This document shows, piece by piece, positions 37,101-52,100 of a stretch of DNA of 64,000 nt (its first letter is position 1; every line of letters begins with the position of its first letter). The notes under the pieces were generated by a model. It was given only the letters and a program-made list of their open reading frames with translations. It was not told the DNA's origin and did no database searches. Source of the stretch: Eledone cirrhosa (lineage: Eukaryota). The translations under genes and the position numbers were made by a program. Location: NCBI GenBank assembly GCA_964016885.1, contig OZ024744.1, positions 17,732,001 to 17,796,000 of the forward strand, written 5' to 3'.

Positions 37101-40100
37101 TGAGTTTCTGTACGTCTGTGTCACTGTGTATGTCACTGGGTGTTTCTGTATGTCTGTGTCACTGTGTATGTCAATCTATGTTTCTGTATGTCTGTGTCAC
37201 TGTGTATGTAACTGTATGTTTCTGTATGTCTGTGTCACTGTGTCTGTCACTGTATATGTGGGTAGGTCTGTGTCACTGTGTATGTCAGTGTATGTTTGTG
37301 TATGTCTGTGTCACTGTGTATGTCACTGTGTGTTTCTGTGTGTCTGTGTCACTGTGCATGTCATTGTGTGTTTGTGTCACCGTGTATGTCATTGTGTGTT
37401 TGTGTATGTCTGTGTCACTGTGTATGTCACTGTGTGTTTCTGTGTGTCTGTGTCACCGTGTATGTCATTGTATCTTTGTGTATGTGTGTGTCACTGTGTA
37501 TGTCACTGTGTGTTTCTGAGATGTATGTGTCACTGTCTATGTCACTGTGTGTTTCTGTATATCTGTGTCACTGTATATGTCACTGTATGTTTGTGTGTGT
37601 CTGTGTCACTGTGTATGTCACTGTATCTTTGTGTATGTCTGTGTCACTGTGTATGTCACTGTATCTTTGTGTATGTCTGTGTCACTGTGTATGTCACTGT
37701 ATGTTTGTGTATGTCCGTGTCACTGTCTATGTCACTGTATATTTGTGTGTGTCTGTGTCACTGTGTATGTCACTGTATGTTTCTGAATGTCTGCGTCACT
37801 GTGTATGTCACTGTATGTTTGTGTATGTCTGTGTCACTGTGTATGTCGCTGTATGTTTGTGTATGTCTGTGTCTCTGTGTATGTCACTGTGTGTTTCTGA
37901 ATGTCTGTGTCACTGTGTATGTCAATGTGTGTTTCTGTATGTCAGTGTCACTGTGTATGTCACTGTATCTTTGTGTAGGTCTGTGTCACTGTGTATGTCA
38001 CTGTATCTTTGTGTATGAATGTGTCACTGTGTATGTCACTGTGTGTTTCTGTATGTCTGTGTCACTGTTTATGTCACTGTATGTTTGTGTATGTCTGTGT
38101 CACTTTGTATGTCAATGTGTGTTTCTGTATGTCTGTGTCACTGTGTATGTCACTGTATGTTTGTGTATGTATGTGTGACTGTGTATGTCACTGTATGTTT
38201 CTGTATATCTGTGTCACTGTGTATGTCACTGTGTGTTTCTGTATGTCTGTGTCACTGTTTATGGCACTGTATGTTTGTGTATGTCTGTGTCACTGTGTAT
38301 GTCAATGTGTGTTTCTGTAGGTCTGTGTCACTGTGTAGGTCACTGTATGTCTGTGTATGTCTGTGTCACTGTGTATGTCACTGTGTGTCTGTGTCACTGT
38401 GTATGTCACTGTGTGTTTTTGTATATCTGTGCCACTGTTTATGTCACTGTATGTTTGTGTATGTCTGTGTCACTGTGTATGTCAATGTGTGTTTCTATAT
38501 GTCTGTGTCACTGTGTATGTCACTGTATGTTTGTGTATGTATGTGTGACTGTGTATGTCACTGTATGTTTCTGTATATCTGTGTCACTGTGTATGTCACT
38601 GTGTGTTTCTGTATGTCTGTGTCACTGTTTATGTCACTGTATGTTTGTGTATGTCTGTGTCACTGTGTATGTCAATGTCTGTTTCTGTATATCTGTGTCA
38701 CTGTGTATGTCACTGTCTGTTTCTGTATGTCTGTGTCACTGTTTATGTCACCCTATGTTTATGTATGTCTGTGTCACTGTGTATGTCACTGTGTGTTTCT
38801 GTGTGTCTGTGTCACTGTGTATGTTACTGTGTGTTTCTGTATGTCTGTGCCGCTGTGTATGACACTGTGTGTTTGTGTATGTCTGTGTCACTGTGTATGT
38901 CACTGTATATTTGTGTAGGTCTGTGTCACTGTGTATGCCACTGTGTGTTTCTGTATGTCTGTGTCACTCTGTATGTCACTGTATGTTTCTGTATGTCTGT
39001 TTCACTGTGTATGTCACTGTATCTTTGTGTATGTCTGTGTCACTGTGTACGTCACTGTGTGTTTCTGTATGTCTGTGTCACTGTCTATGTCACTGTATGT
39101 TTCTGAATGTCTGTGTCACTGTGTATGTCACTGTGTGTTTCTGTATGTCTGTGTCAAGGTGTATGTCACTATATGTTTGTGTGTGTCTGTGTCACTGTGT
39201 ATGTCACTGTGTGTTTATGTATGTCTGTGTCACTGTATGTTTCAGTATGTATGTGTCACTGTGTATGTCACTGCGTGTTTCTGTATGTCTTTGTCACTGT
39301 GTATGTCACTGTGTGTTTCTGTATGTTTGTGTCACTGTGTATGTCACTAAATGTGTGTGTGTGTCTGTGTTTCTGTGTATGTCACTGTGTGTTTGCGTGT
39401 GTCTGTGCCACTGTGTATGTCACTGTGTGTGTCTGTATGTCTGTGAGACTGTGTATGTCACTGTTTGTTTGTGTATGTCTGTGTCACTGTGTGTGTTTCT
39501 GTATGTCTGTGTCACTGTGTATGTCATTGTATCTTTGTGTATGTCTGTGTCACTCTGTATGTCACTGTGTGTTTCTGCATGTCTGTGTCACTGTGTGTGT
39601 CACTGTGTGTTTCTGTATGTCTGTGTCACTGTGCATGTCACTGTATATTTGTGTGTGTCTGTGTCACTGTGTATGTCACAGTATATTTATGTATGTCTGT
39701 TTCACTCTGTATGTCATTGTATCTTTTTGTATGTCTGTGTCACTGTGTATGTCACTGTATCTTTGTGTATGTCTGTGTCACTATGTATGTCACTAAGTGT
39801 TTCTGCATGTCTGTGTCACTGTGTATGTCATTGTGTGTTTCTGTATGTCTGTGTCACTGTGTATGTCACTGTGTGTTTCTGTATGTCTCTGTCACTCTGT
39901 ATGTCACTGTATATTTCTGTATGTCTGTGTCACTGTGTATGTCACTGTATCTTTGTGTATGTATGTGTCCCTGTGTATGTCACTGTATGTTTCTGTATGT
40001 CTGTGTCACAGTGTATATCACTGTATGTTTCTGTATGTCTGTGTCACTCTCTATCTAACTGTGTGTTTCTGAATGTCTGTGTCACTGTGCGTTTCTGTGT

Positions 40101-43100
40101 GTCTGTGTCACGGTGTATGTCACTGTATGTTTGTGTGTGTCTGTGTCACTGTGTATGTCACTGTGTGTTTCTGTATGTTTGTGTCACTGTGTATGTCATT
40201 GTGTGTTTCTGTATGTATGTGTCACTGTGTATGTCACTGTATGTGTGTGTATGTCTGTGTCACGGTGTATGTCACTGTATCTTTGTGTATGCCTGTGTCA
40301 CTGTGTATGTCTCTGTGTGTTTCTGTATGTCTGTGTCTCTGTGTATGTCACTGTATCTTTGTGTATGTATGTGTCACTGTGTATGTCACTGTGTGTTTCT
40401 GTATGTTTGTGTCACTGTGTATGACACTGTGTGTTTCTGCATGTCAGTGTCACTGTGTATGTCACTGTGTGTTTCTGTATGTCTGTGTCACTGTATATGT
40501 CACTGTATGTTTGTGTATGTCTGTGTCACTGTGTATGTCACTGTGTGGTTCTGTATGTCTGTGTCACTGTGTATGTCAATGTGTGTTTCTATATGTCTGT
40601 GTCACTGTGTATGTCACTGAGTGTTTCTGTATGTCTGTGTCACTATGTATGTCGCTGTATGTTTGTGTTGTCTGTGTCACTGTGTATGTCACTGTGCGTT
40701 TCTGTATGTATGTATCACTGTGTATGTCACTGTGTGTTTCTGTATGTCTGTGTCACTGTCTATGTCACTGTATCTTTCTGTATGTCTGTGTCACTGTGTA
40801 TGTCAATGTGTGTTTCTGTATGTATGTGTCTCTGTGTATGTCACTGTATCTTTGTGTGTGTATGTGTCACTGTGTATGTCACTGTGTGTTTGTGTATGTC
40901 TGTGTCACTGTGTATGTCACTGTGTGTTTCTGTATGTCTGTGTCACTGTGTATGTCACTGTGTGTTTCTGTATGTCTGTGTCTCTGTGTATGTCACTGTA
41001 TGTTTGGGCATGTCTGTGTCACTGTGTATGTCACTGTATGTTTGTGTATGTCTGTGTCACTGTGTATGTCACTGTGTGTTTCTGTATGTATGTGTCACTG
41101 TGTATGTCACTGTATATTTGTGTATGTCTGTGTCACTGTGTATGTCACTGTGTGTTTCTGTGTGTCTGTGTCACTGTGTAAGTCATTGTATCTTTGTGTA
41201 TGTATGTGGCACTCTGTATGTCATTGTGTGTTTCTGTATGTCTGTGTCACTGTCTATGTCACTGTATCTTTGTGTATGTCTGTGTCACTGTGTATGTCAC
41301 TGTATGTTTCTGTATGTCTGTGTCTCTGTGTATATCACTGTATGTTTGTGTGTGTCTGTGTCACTGTGTATGTCACGGTGTGTTTCTGTATGTCTGTGTC
41401 ACTGTGTGTCTGTGTCACTGTGTATGTCACTGTGAGTTTCTGTACGTCTGTGTCACTGTGTATGTCACTGGGTGTTTCTGTATGTCTGTGTCACTGTGTA
41501 TGTCACTGTATGTTTCTGTATGTCTGTGTCACTGTGTATGTAACTGTATGTATCTGTATGTCTGTGCCACTGTGTATGTCACTGTATATGTGGGTAGGTC
41601 TGTGTCACTGTGTATGTCAGTGTATGTTTGTGTATGTCTGTGTCACTGTGTATGTCACTGTGTGTTTCTGTGTGTCTGTGTCACTGTGCATGTAACTGTG
41701 TGTTTCTGTGTGTCTGCGTCACCGTGTATGTCATTGTGTGTTTGTGTATGTCTGTGTCACTGTGTATGTCACTGTGTGTTTCTGTGTGTCTGTGTCACCG
41801 TGTATGTCATTGTATCTTTGTGTATGTGTGTGTCACTGTGTATGTCACTGTGTGTTTCTGTATGTATGTGTCACTGTCTATGTCACTGTGTGTTTCTGTA
41901 TATCTGTGTCACTGTATATGTCACTGTATGTTTGTGTGTGTCTGTGTCACTGTGTATGTCACTGTATCTTTGTGTATGTCTGTGTCACTGTGTATGTCAC
42001 TGTATCTTTGTGTATGTCTGTGTCACTGTGTATGTCACTGTAAGTTTGTGTATGTCTGTGTCACTGTGTATGTCACTGTATATTTGTGTGTGTCTGTGTC
42101 ACTGTGTATGTCACTGTATGTTTCTGAATGTCTGTGTCACTGTGTATGTCACTGTATGTTTCTGTATGTCTGTGTCACTGTGTATGTCGCTGTATGTTTG
42201 TGTATGTCTGTGTCTCTGTGTATGTCACTGTGTGTTCTGTATGTCTGTGTCACTGTGTATGTCAATGTGTGTTTCTGTATGTCAGTGTCACTGTGTATGT
42301 CTCTGTATCTTTGTGTAGGTCTGTGTCACTGTGTATGTCACTGTATCTTTGTGTATGACTGTGTCACTGTGTATGTCACTGTGTTTCTGTATGTCTGTGT
42401 CACTGTGTATGTCACTGTATATTTGTGTATGTCTGTGTCAGTGTGTATGTCACTGTATGTTTGTGTATGTCTGTGTCACTGTGTATTTAACTGTGTGTTT
42501 CTGTATGTCTGTGTCACTGTGTATGTCACTGTGTGTTTTTGTATGTCTGTACCACTGTTTATGTCACTGTATGTTTGTGTATGTCTGTGTCACTGTGTAT
42601 GTCAATGTGTGTTTCTGTAGGCCTGTGTCACTGTGTATGTCACTGTATGTTTGTGTATGTCTGTGTCACTGTGTATGTCACTGTGTGTCCGTGTCACTGT
42701 GTATGTCACTGTGTGTTTTTGTATATCTGTGCCACTGTTTATGTCACTGTATGTTTGTGTATGTCTGTGTCACTGTGTATGTCAATGTGTGTTTCTGTAT
42801 GTCTGTGTCACTGTGTATGTCACTGTATGTTTGTGTATGTATGTGTGACTGTGTATGTCACTGTATGTTTCCGTATATCTGTGTCACTGTGTATGTCACT
42901 GTGTGTTTATGTATGTCTGTGTCACTGTTTATGTCACTGTATGTTTGTGTATGTCTGTGTTACTGTGTATGTCACTGTGTGTTTCTGTATATCTGTGTCA
43001 TTGTTTATGTCACCCTATGTTTGTGTATGTCTGTGTCACTGTGTATGTCAATGTGTGTTTCTGTAGGTCTGTCTCACTGTGTATGTCACTGTATTTTTGT

Positions 43101-46100
43101 GTATGTATGTGTCACTGTGTATGTCACTGTGTGTTTCTGTATGTCTGTGTCACTGTGTATGTTACTGTGTGTTTCTGTATGTCTGTGCCACTGTGTATGA
43201 CACTGTGTGTTTGTGTATGTCTGTGTCACTGTGTATGTCACTGTATCTTTGTGTAGGTCTGTGTCACTGTGTATGTCACTGTATGTTTGTGTATGTCTGC
43301 GTCACTGTGTATGTCACTGTGTGTTTCTGTATGTCTGTGTCACTCTGTATGTCACTGTATGTTTCTGTATGTCTGTTTCACTGTGTATGTCACTGTATCT
43401 TTGTGTATGTCTGTGTCACTGTGTACGTCACTTAGTGTTTCTGTTTGTCTGTGTCACTGTCTATGTCACTGTATGTTTCTGAATGTCTGTGTCAAGGTGT
43501 ATGTCACTGTATGTTTGTGTATGTCTGTGTCACTGTGTATGTCACTGTGTGTTTCTGTATGTCTGTGTCACTGTCTATGTCACTGTATATTTGTGTGTGT
43601 CTGTGTCACTGTGTATGTCACTGTATGTTTCTGAATGTCTGCGTCACTGTGTATGTCACTGTATGTTTGTGTATGTCTGTGTCACTGTGTATGTCACTGT
43701 GTGTTTCTGTATGTCTGTGTCACTGTGTATGTCACTGTATATTTGTGTATGTCTGTGTCAGTGTGTATGTCACTGTATGTTTCTGTATGTCTGTGTCACT
43801 GTGTATGTAACTGTGTGTTTCTGTATGTCTGTGTCACTGTGTATGTCAATGTGTGTTTTTGTATGTCTGTGCCACTGTTTATGTCACTGTATGTTTGTGT
43901 ATGTCTGTGTCACTGTGTATGTCAATGTGTGTTTCTGTATGTATGTGTCACTGTGTATGTCACTGTATGTTTGTGTATGTATGTGTGACTGTGTATGTCA
44001 CTGTATGTTTCTGTATATCTGTGTCACTGTGTGTGTCACTGTGTGTTTCTGTATGTCTGTGTCACTGTTTATGTCACTGTATGTTTGTGTATGTCTGTGT
44101 CACTGTGTATGTCAATGTGTGTTTCTGTATGTCTGTGTCACTGTGTATGTCACTGTATGTTTGTGTATGTATGTGTGACTGTGTATGTCACTGTATGTTT
44201 CTGTATATCTGTGTCACTGTGTATGTCACTGTGTGTTTCTGTATGTCTGTGTCACTGTTTATGGCACTGTATGTTTGTGTATGTATGTGTCACTGTGTAT
44301 GTCAATGTGTGTTTCTGTAGGTCTGTGTCACTGTGTATGTCACTGTATGTTTGTGTATGTCTGTGTCACTGTGTATGTCACTGTGTGTCTGTGTCACTGT
44401 GTATGTCACTGTGTGTTTTTGTATATCTGTGCCACTGTTTATGTCACTGTATGTTTGTGTATGTCTGTGTCACTGTGTATGTCAATGTGTGTTTCTGTAT
44501 GTCTGTGTCACTGTGTATGTCACTGTATGTTTGTGTATGTATGTGTGACTGTGTATGTCACTGTATGTTTCTGTATATCTGTGTCACTGTGTATGTCACT
44601 GCGTGTTTCTGTATGTCTTTGTCACTGTGTATGTCACTGTGTGTTTCTGTATGTTTGTGTCACTGTGTATGTCACTAAATGTGTGTGTGTGTCTGTGTTT
44701 CTGTGTATGTCACTGTGTGTTTGCGTGTGTCTGTGTCACTGTGTATGTCACTGTGTGTGTCTGTATGTCTGTGAGACTGTGTATGTCACTGTTTGTTTGT
44801 GTATGTCTGTGTCACTGTGTGTGTTTCTGTATGTCTGTGTCACTGTGTATGTCATTCTATCTTTGTGTATGTCTGTGTCACTCTGTATGTCACTGTGTGT
44901 TTCTGCATGTCTGTGTCACTGTGTGTGTCACTGTGTGTTTCTGTATGTCTGTGTCACTGTGCATGTCACTGTATATTTGTGTGTGTCTGTGTCACTGTGT
45001 ATGTCACAGTATATTTATGTATGTCTGTTTCACTCTGTATGTCATTGTATCTTTTTGTATGTCTGTGTCACTGTGTATGTCACTGTATCTTTGTGTATGT
45101 CTGTGTCACTATGTATGTCACTAAGTGTTTCTGCATGTCTGTGTCACTGTGTATGTCATTGTGTGTTTCTGTATGTCTGTGTCACTGTGTATGTCACTGT
45201 GTGTTTCTGTATGTCTCTGTCACTCTGTATGTCACTGTATATTTCTGTATGTCTGTGTCACTGTGTATGTCACTGTATCTTTGTGTATGTATGTGTCCCT
45301 GTGTATGTCACTGTATGTTTCTGTATGTCTGTGTCACAGTGTATATCACTGTATGTTTCTGTATGTCTGTGTCACTCTCTATCTAACTGTGTGTTTCTGA
45401 ATGTCTGTGTCACTGTGCGTTTCTGTGTGTCTGTGTCACGGTGTATGTCACTGTATGTTTGTGTGTGTCTGTGTCACTGTGTATGTCACTGTGTGTTTCT
45501 GTATGTTTGTGTCACTGTGTATGTCATTGTGTGTTTCTGTATGTATGTGTCACTGTGTATGTCACTGTATGTGTGTGTATGTCTGTGTCACGGTGTATGT
45601 CACTGTATCTTTGTGTATGCCTGTGTCACTGTGTATGTCTCTGTGTGTTTCTGTATGTCTGTGTCTCTGTGTATGTCACTGTATCTTTGTGTATGTATGT
45701 GTCACTGTGTATGTCACTGTGTGTTTCTGTATGTTTGTGTCACTGTGTATGACACTGTGTGTTTCTGCATGTCAGTGTCACTGTGTATGTCACTGTGTGT
45801 TTCTGTATGTCTGTGTCACTGTATATGTCACTGTATGTTTGTGTATGTCTGTGTCACTGTGTATGTCACTGTGTGGTTCTGTATGTCTGTGTCACTGTGT
45901 ATGTCAATGTGTGTTTCTATATGTCTGTGTCACTGTGTATGTCACTGAGTGTTTCTGTATGTCTGTGTCACTATGTATGTCGCTGTATGTTTGTGTTGTC
46001 TGTGTCACTGTGTATGTCACTGTGCGTTTCTGTATGTATGTATCACTGTGTATGTCACTGTGTGTTTCTGTATGTCTGTGTCACTGTCTATGTCACTGTA

Positions 46101-49100
46101 TCTTTCTGTATGTCTGTGTCACTGTGTATGTCAATGTGTATTTCTGTATGTATGTGTCTCTGTGTATGTCACTGTATCTTTGTGTGTGTATGTGTCACTG
46201 TGTATGTCACTGTGTGTTTGTGTATGTCTGTGTCACTGTGTATGTCACTGTGTGTTTCTGTATGTCTGTGTCACTGTGTATGTCACTGTGTGTTTCTGTA
46301 TGTCTGTGTCTCTGTTTATGTCACTGTATGTTTGGGCATGTCTGTGTCACTGTGTATGTCACTGTGTGTTTCTGTATGTATGTGTCACTGTGTATGTCAC
46401 TGTATCTTTGTGTATGTCTGTGTCACTGTGGATGCCACTGTATCTCTGTGTATGCCTGTGTCACTGTGAATGTCACTGTGTGTTTCTGTATGTCTGTGTC
46501 TCTGTGTATGTCACTGTATGTTTGGGCATGTCTGTGTCACTGTGTATGTCACTGTATGTTTCTGTATGTCTGTGTCACTGTGTATGTCACTGTGTGTTTC
46601 TGTATGTATGTGTCACTGTGTATGTCACTGTATATTTGTGTATGTCTGTGTCACTGTGTATGTCACTGTGTGTTTCTGTGTGTCTGTGTCACTGTGTAAG
46701 TCATTGTATCTTTGTGTATGTATGTGGCACTCTGTATGTCATTGTGTGTTTCTGTATGTCTGTGTCACTGTCTATGTCACTGTATCTTTGTGTATGTCTG
46801 TGTCACTGTGTATGTCACTGTATGTTTCTGTATGTCTGTGTCTCTGTGTATATCACTGTATGTTTGTGTGTGTCTGTGTCACTGTGTATGTCACGGTGTG
46901 TTTCTGTATGTCTGTGTCACTGTGTGTCTGTGTCACTGTGTATGTCACTGTGAGTTTCTGTACGTCTGTGTCACTGTGTATGTCACTGGGTGTTTCTGTA
47001 TGTCTGTGTCACTGTGTATGTCACTGTATGTTTCTGTATGTCTGTGTCACTGTGTATGTAACTGTATGTATCTGTATGTCTGTGCCACTGTGTATGTCAC
47101 TGTATATGTGGGTAGGTCTGTGTCACTGTGTATGTCAGTGTATGTTTGTGTATGTCTGTGTCACTGTGTATGTCACTGTGTGTTTCTGTGTGTCTGTGTC
47201 ACTGTGCATGTAACTGTGTGTTTATGTGTGTCTGCGTCACCGTGTATGTCATTGTGTGTTTGTGTATGTCTGTGTCACTGTGTATGTCACTGTGTGTTTC
47301 TGTGTGTCTGTGTCACCGTGTATGTCATTGTATCTTTGTGTATGTGTGTGTCACTGTGTATGTCACTGTGTGTTTCTGTATGTATGTGTCACTGTCTATG
47401 TCACTGTGTGTTTCTGTATATCTGTGTCACTGTATATGTCACTGTATGTTTGTGTGTGTCTGTGTCACTGTGTATGTCACTGTATCTTTGTGTATGTCTG
47501 TGTCACTGTGTATGTCACTGTATCTTTGTGTATGTCTGTGTCACTGTGTATGTCACTGTAAGTTTGTGTATGTCTGTGTCACTGTGTATGTCACTGTATA
47601 TTTGTGTGTGTCTGTGTCACTGTGTATGTCACTGTATGTTTCTGAATGTCTGTGTCACTGTGTATGTCACTGTATGTTTCTGTATGTCTGTGTCACTGTG
47701 TATGTCGCTGTATGTTTGTGTATGTCTGTGTCTCTGTGTATGTCACTGTGTGTTCTGTATGTCTGTGTCACTGTGTATGTCAATGTGTGTTTCTGTATGT
47801 CAGTGTCACTGTGTATGTCTCTGTATCTTTGTGTAGGTCTGTGTCACTGTGTATGTCACTGTATCTTTGTGTATGACTGTGTCACTGTGTATGTCACTGT
47901 GTTTCTGTATGTCTGTGTCACTGTGTATGTCACTGTATATTTGTGTATGTCTGTGTCAGTGTGTATGTCACTGTATGTTTGTGTATGTCTGTGTCACTGT
48001 GTATTTAACTGTGTGTTTCTGTATGTCTGTGTCACTGTGTATGTCACTGTGTGTTTTTGTATGTCTGTACCACTGTTTATGTCACTGTATGTTTGTGTAT
48101 GTCTGTGTCACTGTGTATGTCAATGTGTGTTTCTGTAGGCCTGTGTCACTGTGTATGTCACTGTATGTTTGTGTATGTCTGTGTCACTGTGTATGTCACT
48201 GTGTGTCCGTGTCACTGTGTATGTCACTGTGTGTTTTTGTATATCTGTGCCACTGTTTATGTCACTGTATGTTTGTGTATGTCTGTGTCACTGTGTATGT
48301 CAATGTGTGTTTCTGTATGTCTGTGTCACTGTGTATGTCACTGTATGTTTGTGTATGTATGTGTGACTGTGTATGTCACTGTATGTTTCCGTATATCTGT
48401 GTCACTGTGTATGTCACTGTGTGTTTATGTATGTCTGTGTCACTGTTTATGTCACTGTATGTTTGTGTATGTCTGTGTTACTGTGTATGTCACTGTGTGT
48501 TTCTGTATATCTGTGTCACTGTTTATGTCACCCTATGTTTGTGTATGTCTGTGTCACTGTGTATGTCAATGTGTGTTTCTGTAGGTCTGTCTCACTGTGT
48601 ATGTCACTGTATTTTTGTGTATGTATGTGTCACTGTGTATGTCACTGTGTGTTTCTGTATGTCTGTGTCACTGTGTATGTTACTGTGTGTTTCTGTATGT
48701 CTGTGCCACTGTGTATGACACTGTGTGTTTGTGTATGTCTGTGTCACTGTGTATGTCACTGTATCTTTGTGTAGGTCTGTGTCACTGTGTATGTCACTGT
48801 ATGTTTGTGTATGTCTGCGTCACTGTGTATGTCACTGTGTGTTTCTGTATGTCTGTGTCACTCTGTATGTCACTGTATGTTTCTGTATGTCTGTTTCACT
48901 GTGTATGTCACTGTATCTTTGTGTATGTCTGTGTCACTGTGTACGTCACTTAGTGTTTCTGTTTGTCTGTGTCACTGTCTATGTCACTGTATGTTTCTGA
49001 ATGTCTGTGTCAAGGTGTATGTCACTGTATGTTTGTGTATGTCTGTGTCACTGTGTATGTCACTGTGTGTTTCTGTATGTCTGTGTCACTGTCTATGTCA

Positions 49101-52100
49101 CTGTATATTTGTGTGTGTCTGTGTCACTGTGTATGTCACTGTATGTTTCTGAATGTCTGCGTCACTGTGTATGTCACTGTATGTTTGTGTATGTCTGTGT
49201 CACTGTGTATGTCACTGTGTGTTTCTGTATGTCTGTGTCACTGTGTATGTCACTGTATATTTGTGTATGTCTGTGTCAGTGTGTATGTCACTGTATGTTT
49301 CTGTATGTCTGTGTCACTGTGTATGTAACTGTGTGTTTCTGTATGTCTGTGTCACTGTGTATGTCAATGTGTGTTTTTGTATGTCTGTGCCACTGTTTAT
49401 GTCACTGTATGTTTGTGTATGTCTGTGTCACTGTGTATGTCAATGTGTGTTTCTGTATGTATGTGTCACTGTGTATGTCACTGTATGTTTGTGTATGTAT
49501 GTGTGACTGTGTATGTCACTGTATGTTTCTGTATATCTGTGTCACTGTGTGTGTCACTGTGTGTTTCTGTATGTCTGTGTCACTGTTTATGTCACTGTAT
49601 GTTTGTGTATGTCTGTGTCACTGTGTATGTCAATGTGTGTTTCTGTATGTCTGTGTCACTGTGTATGTCACTGTATGTTTGTGTATGTATGTGTGACTGT
49701 GTATGTCACTGTATGTTTCTGTATATCTGTGTCACTGTGTATGTCACTGTGTGTTTCTGTATGTCTGTGTCACTGTTTATGGCACTGTATGTTTGTGTAT
49801 GTATGTGTCACTGTGTATGTCAATGTGTGTTTCTGTAGGTCTGTGTCACTGTGTATGTCACTGTATGTTTGTGTATGTCTGTGTCACTGTGTATGTCACT
49901 GTGTGTCTGTGTCACTGTGTATGTCACTGTGTGTTTTTGTATATCTGTGCCACTGTTTATGTCACTGTATGTTTGTGTATGTCTGTGTCACTGTGTATGT
50001 CAATGTGTGTTTCTGTATGTCTGTGTCACTGTGTATGTCACTGTATGTTTGTGTATGTATGTGTGACTGTGTATGTCACTGTATGTTTCTGTATATCTGT
50101 GTCACTGTGTATGTCACTGCGTGTTTCTGTATGTCTTTGTCACTGTGTATGTCACTGTGTGTTTCTGTATGTTTGTGTCACTGTGTATGTCACTAAATGT
50201 GTGTGTGTGTCTGTGTTTCTGTGTATGTCACTGTGTGTTTGCGTGTGTCTGTGTCACTGTGTATGTCACTGTGTGTGTCTGTATGTCTGTGAGACTGTGT
50301 ATGTCACTGTTTGTTTGTGTATGTCTGTGTCACTGTGTGTGTTTCTGTATGTCTGTGTCACTGTGTATGTCATTCTATCTTTGTGTATGTCTGTGTCACT
50401 CTGTATGTCACTGTGTGTTTCTGCATGTCTGTGTCACTGTGTGTGTCACTGTGTGTTTCTGTATGTCTGTGTCACTGTGCATGTCACTGTATATTTGTGT
50501 GTGTCTGTGTCACTGTGTATGTCACAGTATATTTATGTATGTCTGTTTCACTCTGTATGTCATTGTATCTTTTTGTATGTCTGTGTCACTGTGTATGTCA
50601 CTGTATCTTTGTGTATGTCTGTGTCACTATGTATGTCACTAAGTGTTTCTGCATGTCTGTGTCACTGTGTATGTCATTGTGTGTTTCTGTATGTCTGTGT
50701 CACTGTGTATGTCACTGTGTGTTTCTGTATGTCTCTGTCACTCTGTATGTCACTGTATATTTCTGTATGTCTGTGTCACTGTGTATGTCACTGTATCTTT
50801 GTGTATGTATGTGTCCCTGTGTATGTCACTGTATGTTTCTGTATGTCTGTGTCACAGTGTATATCACTGTATGTTTCTGTATGTCTGTGTCACTCTCTAT
50901 CTAACTGTGTGTTTCTGAATGTCTGTGTCACTGTGCGTTTCTGTGTGTCTGTGTCACGGTGTATGTCACTGTATGTTTGTGTGTGTCTGTGTCACTGTGT
51001 ATGTCACTGTGTGTTTCTGTATGTTTGTGTCACTGTGTATGTCATTGTGTGTTTCTGTATGTATGTGTCACTGTGTATGTCACTGTATGTGTGTGTATGT
51101 CTGTGTCACGGTGTATGTCACTGTATCTTTGTGTATGCCTGTGTCACTGTGTATGTCTCTGTGTGTTTCTGTATGTCTGTGTCTCTGTGTATGTCACTGT
51201 ATCTTTGTGTATGTATGTGTCACTGTGTATGTCACTGTGTGTTTCTGTATGTTTGTGTCACTGTGTATGACACTGTGTGTTTCTGCATGTCAGTGTCACT
51301 GTGTATGTCACTGTGTGTTTCTGTATGTCTGTGTCACTGTATATGTCACTGTATGTTTGTGTATGTCTGTGTCACTGTGTATGTCACTGTGTGGTTCTGT
51401 ATGTCTGTGTCACTGTGTATGTCAATGTGTGTTTCTATATGTCTGTGTCACTGTGTATGTCACTGAGTGTTTCTGTATGTCTGTGTCACTATGTATGTCG
51501 CTGTATGTTTGTGTTGTCTGTGTCACTGTGTATGTCACTGTGCGTTTCTGTATGTATGTATCACTGTGTATGTCACTGTGTGTTTCTGTATGTCTGTGTC
51601 ACTGTCTATGTCACTGTATCTTTCTGTATGTCTGTGTCACTGTGTATGTCAATGTGTATTTCTGTATGTATGTGTCTCTGTGTATGTCACTGTATCTTTG
51701 TGTGTGTATGTGTCACTGTGTATGTCACTGTGTGTTTGTGTATGTCTGTGTCACTGTGTATGTCACTGTGTGTTTCTGTATGTCTGTGTCACTGTGTATG
51801 TCACTGTGTGTTTCTGTATGTCTGTGTCTCTGTTTATGTCACTGTATGTTTGGGCATGTCTGTGTCACTGTGTATGTCACTGTGTGTTTCTGTATGTATG
51901 TGTCACTGTGTATGTCACTGTATCTTTGTGTATGTCTGTGTCACTGTGGATGCCACTGTATCTCTGTGTATGCCTGTGTCACTGTGAATGTCACTGTGTG
52001 TTTCTGTATGTCTGTGTCTCTGTGTATGTCACTGTATGTTTGGGCATGTCTGTGTCACTGTGTATGTCACTGTATGTTTCTGTATGTCTGTGTCACTGTG

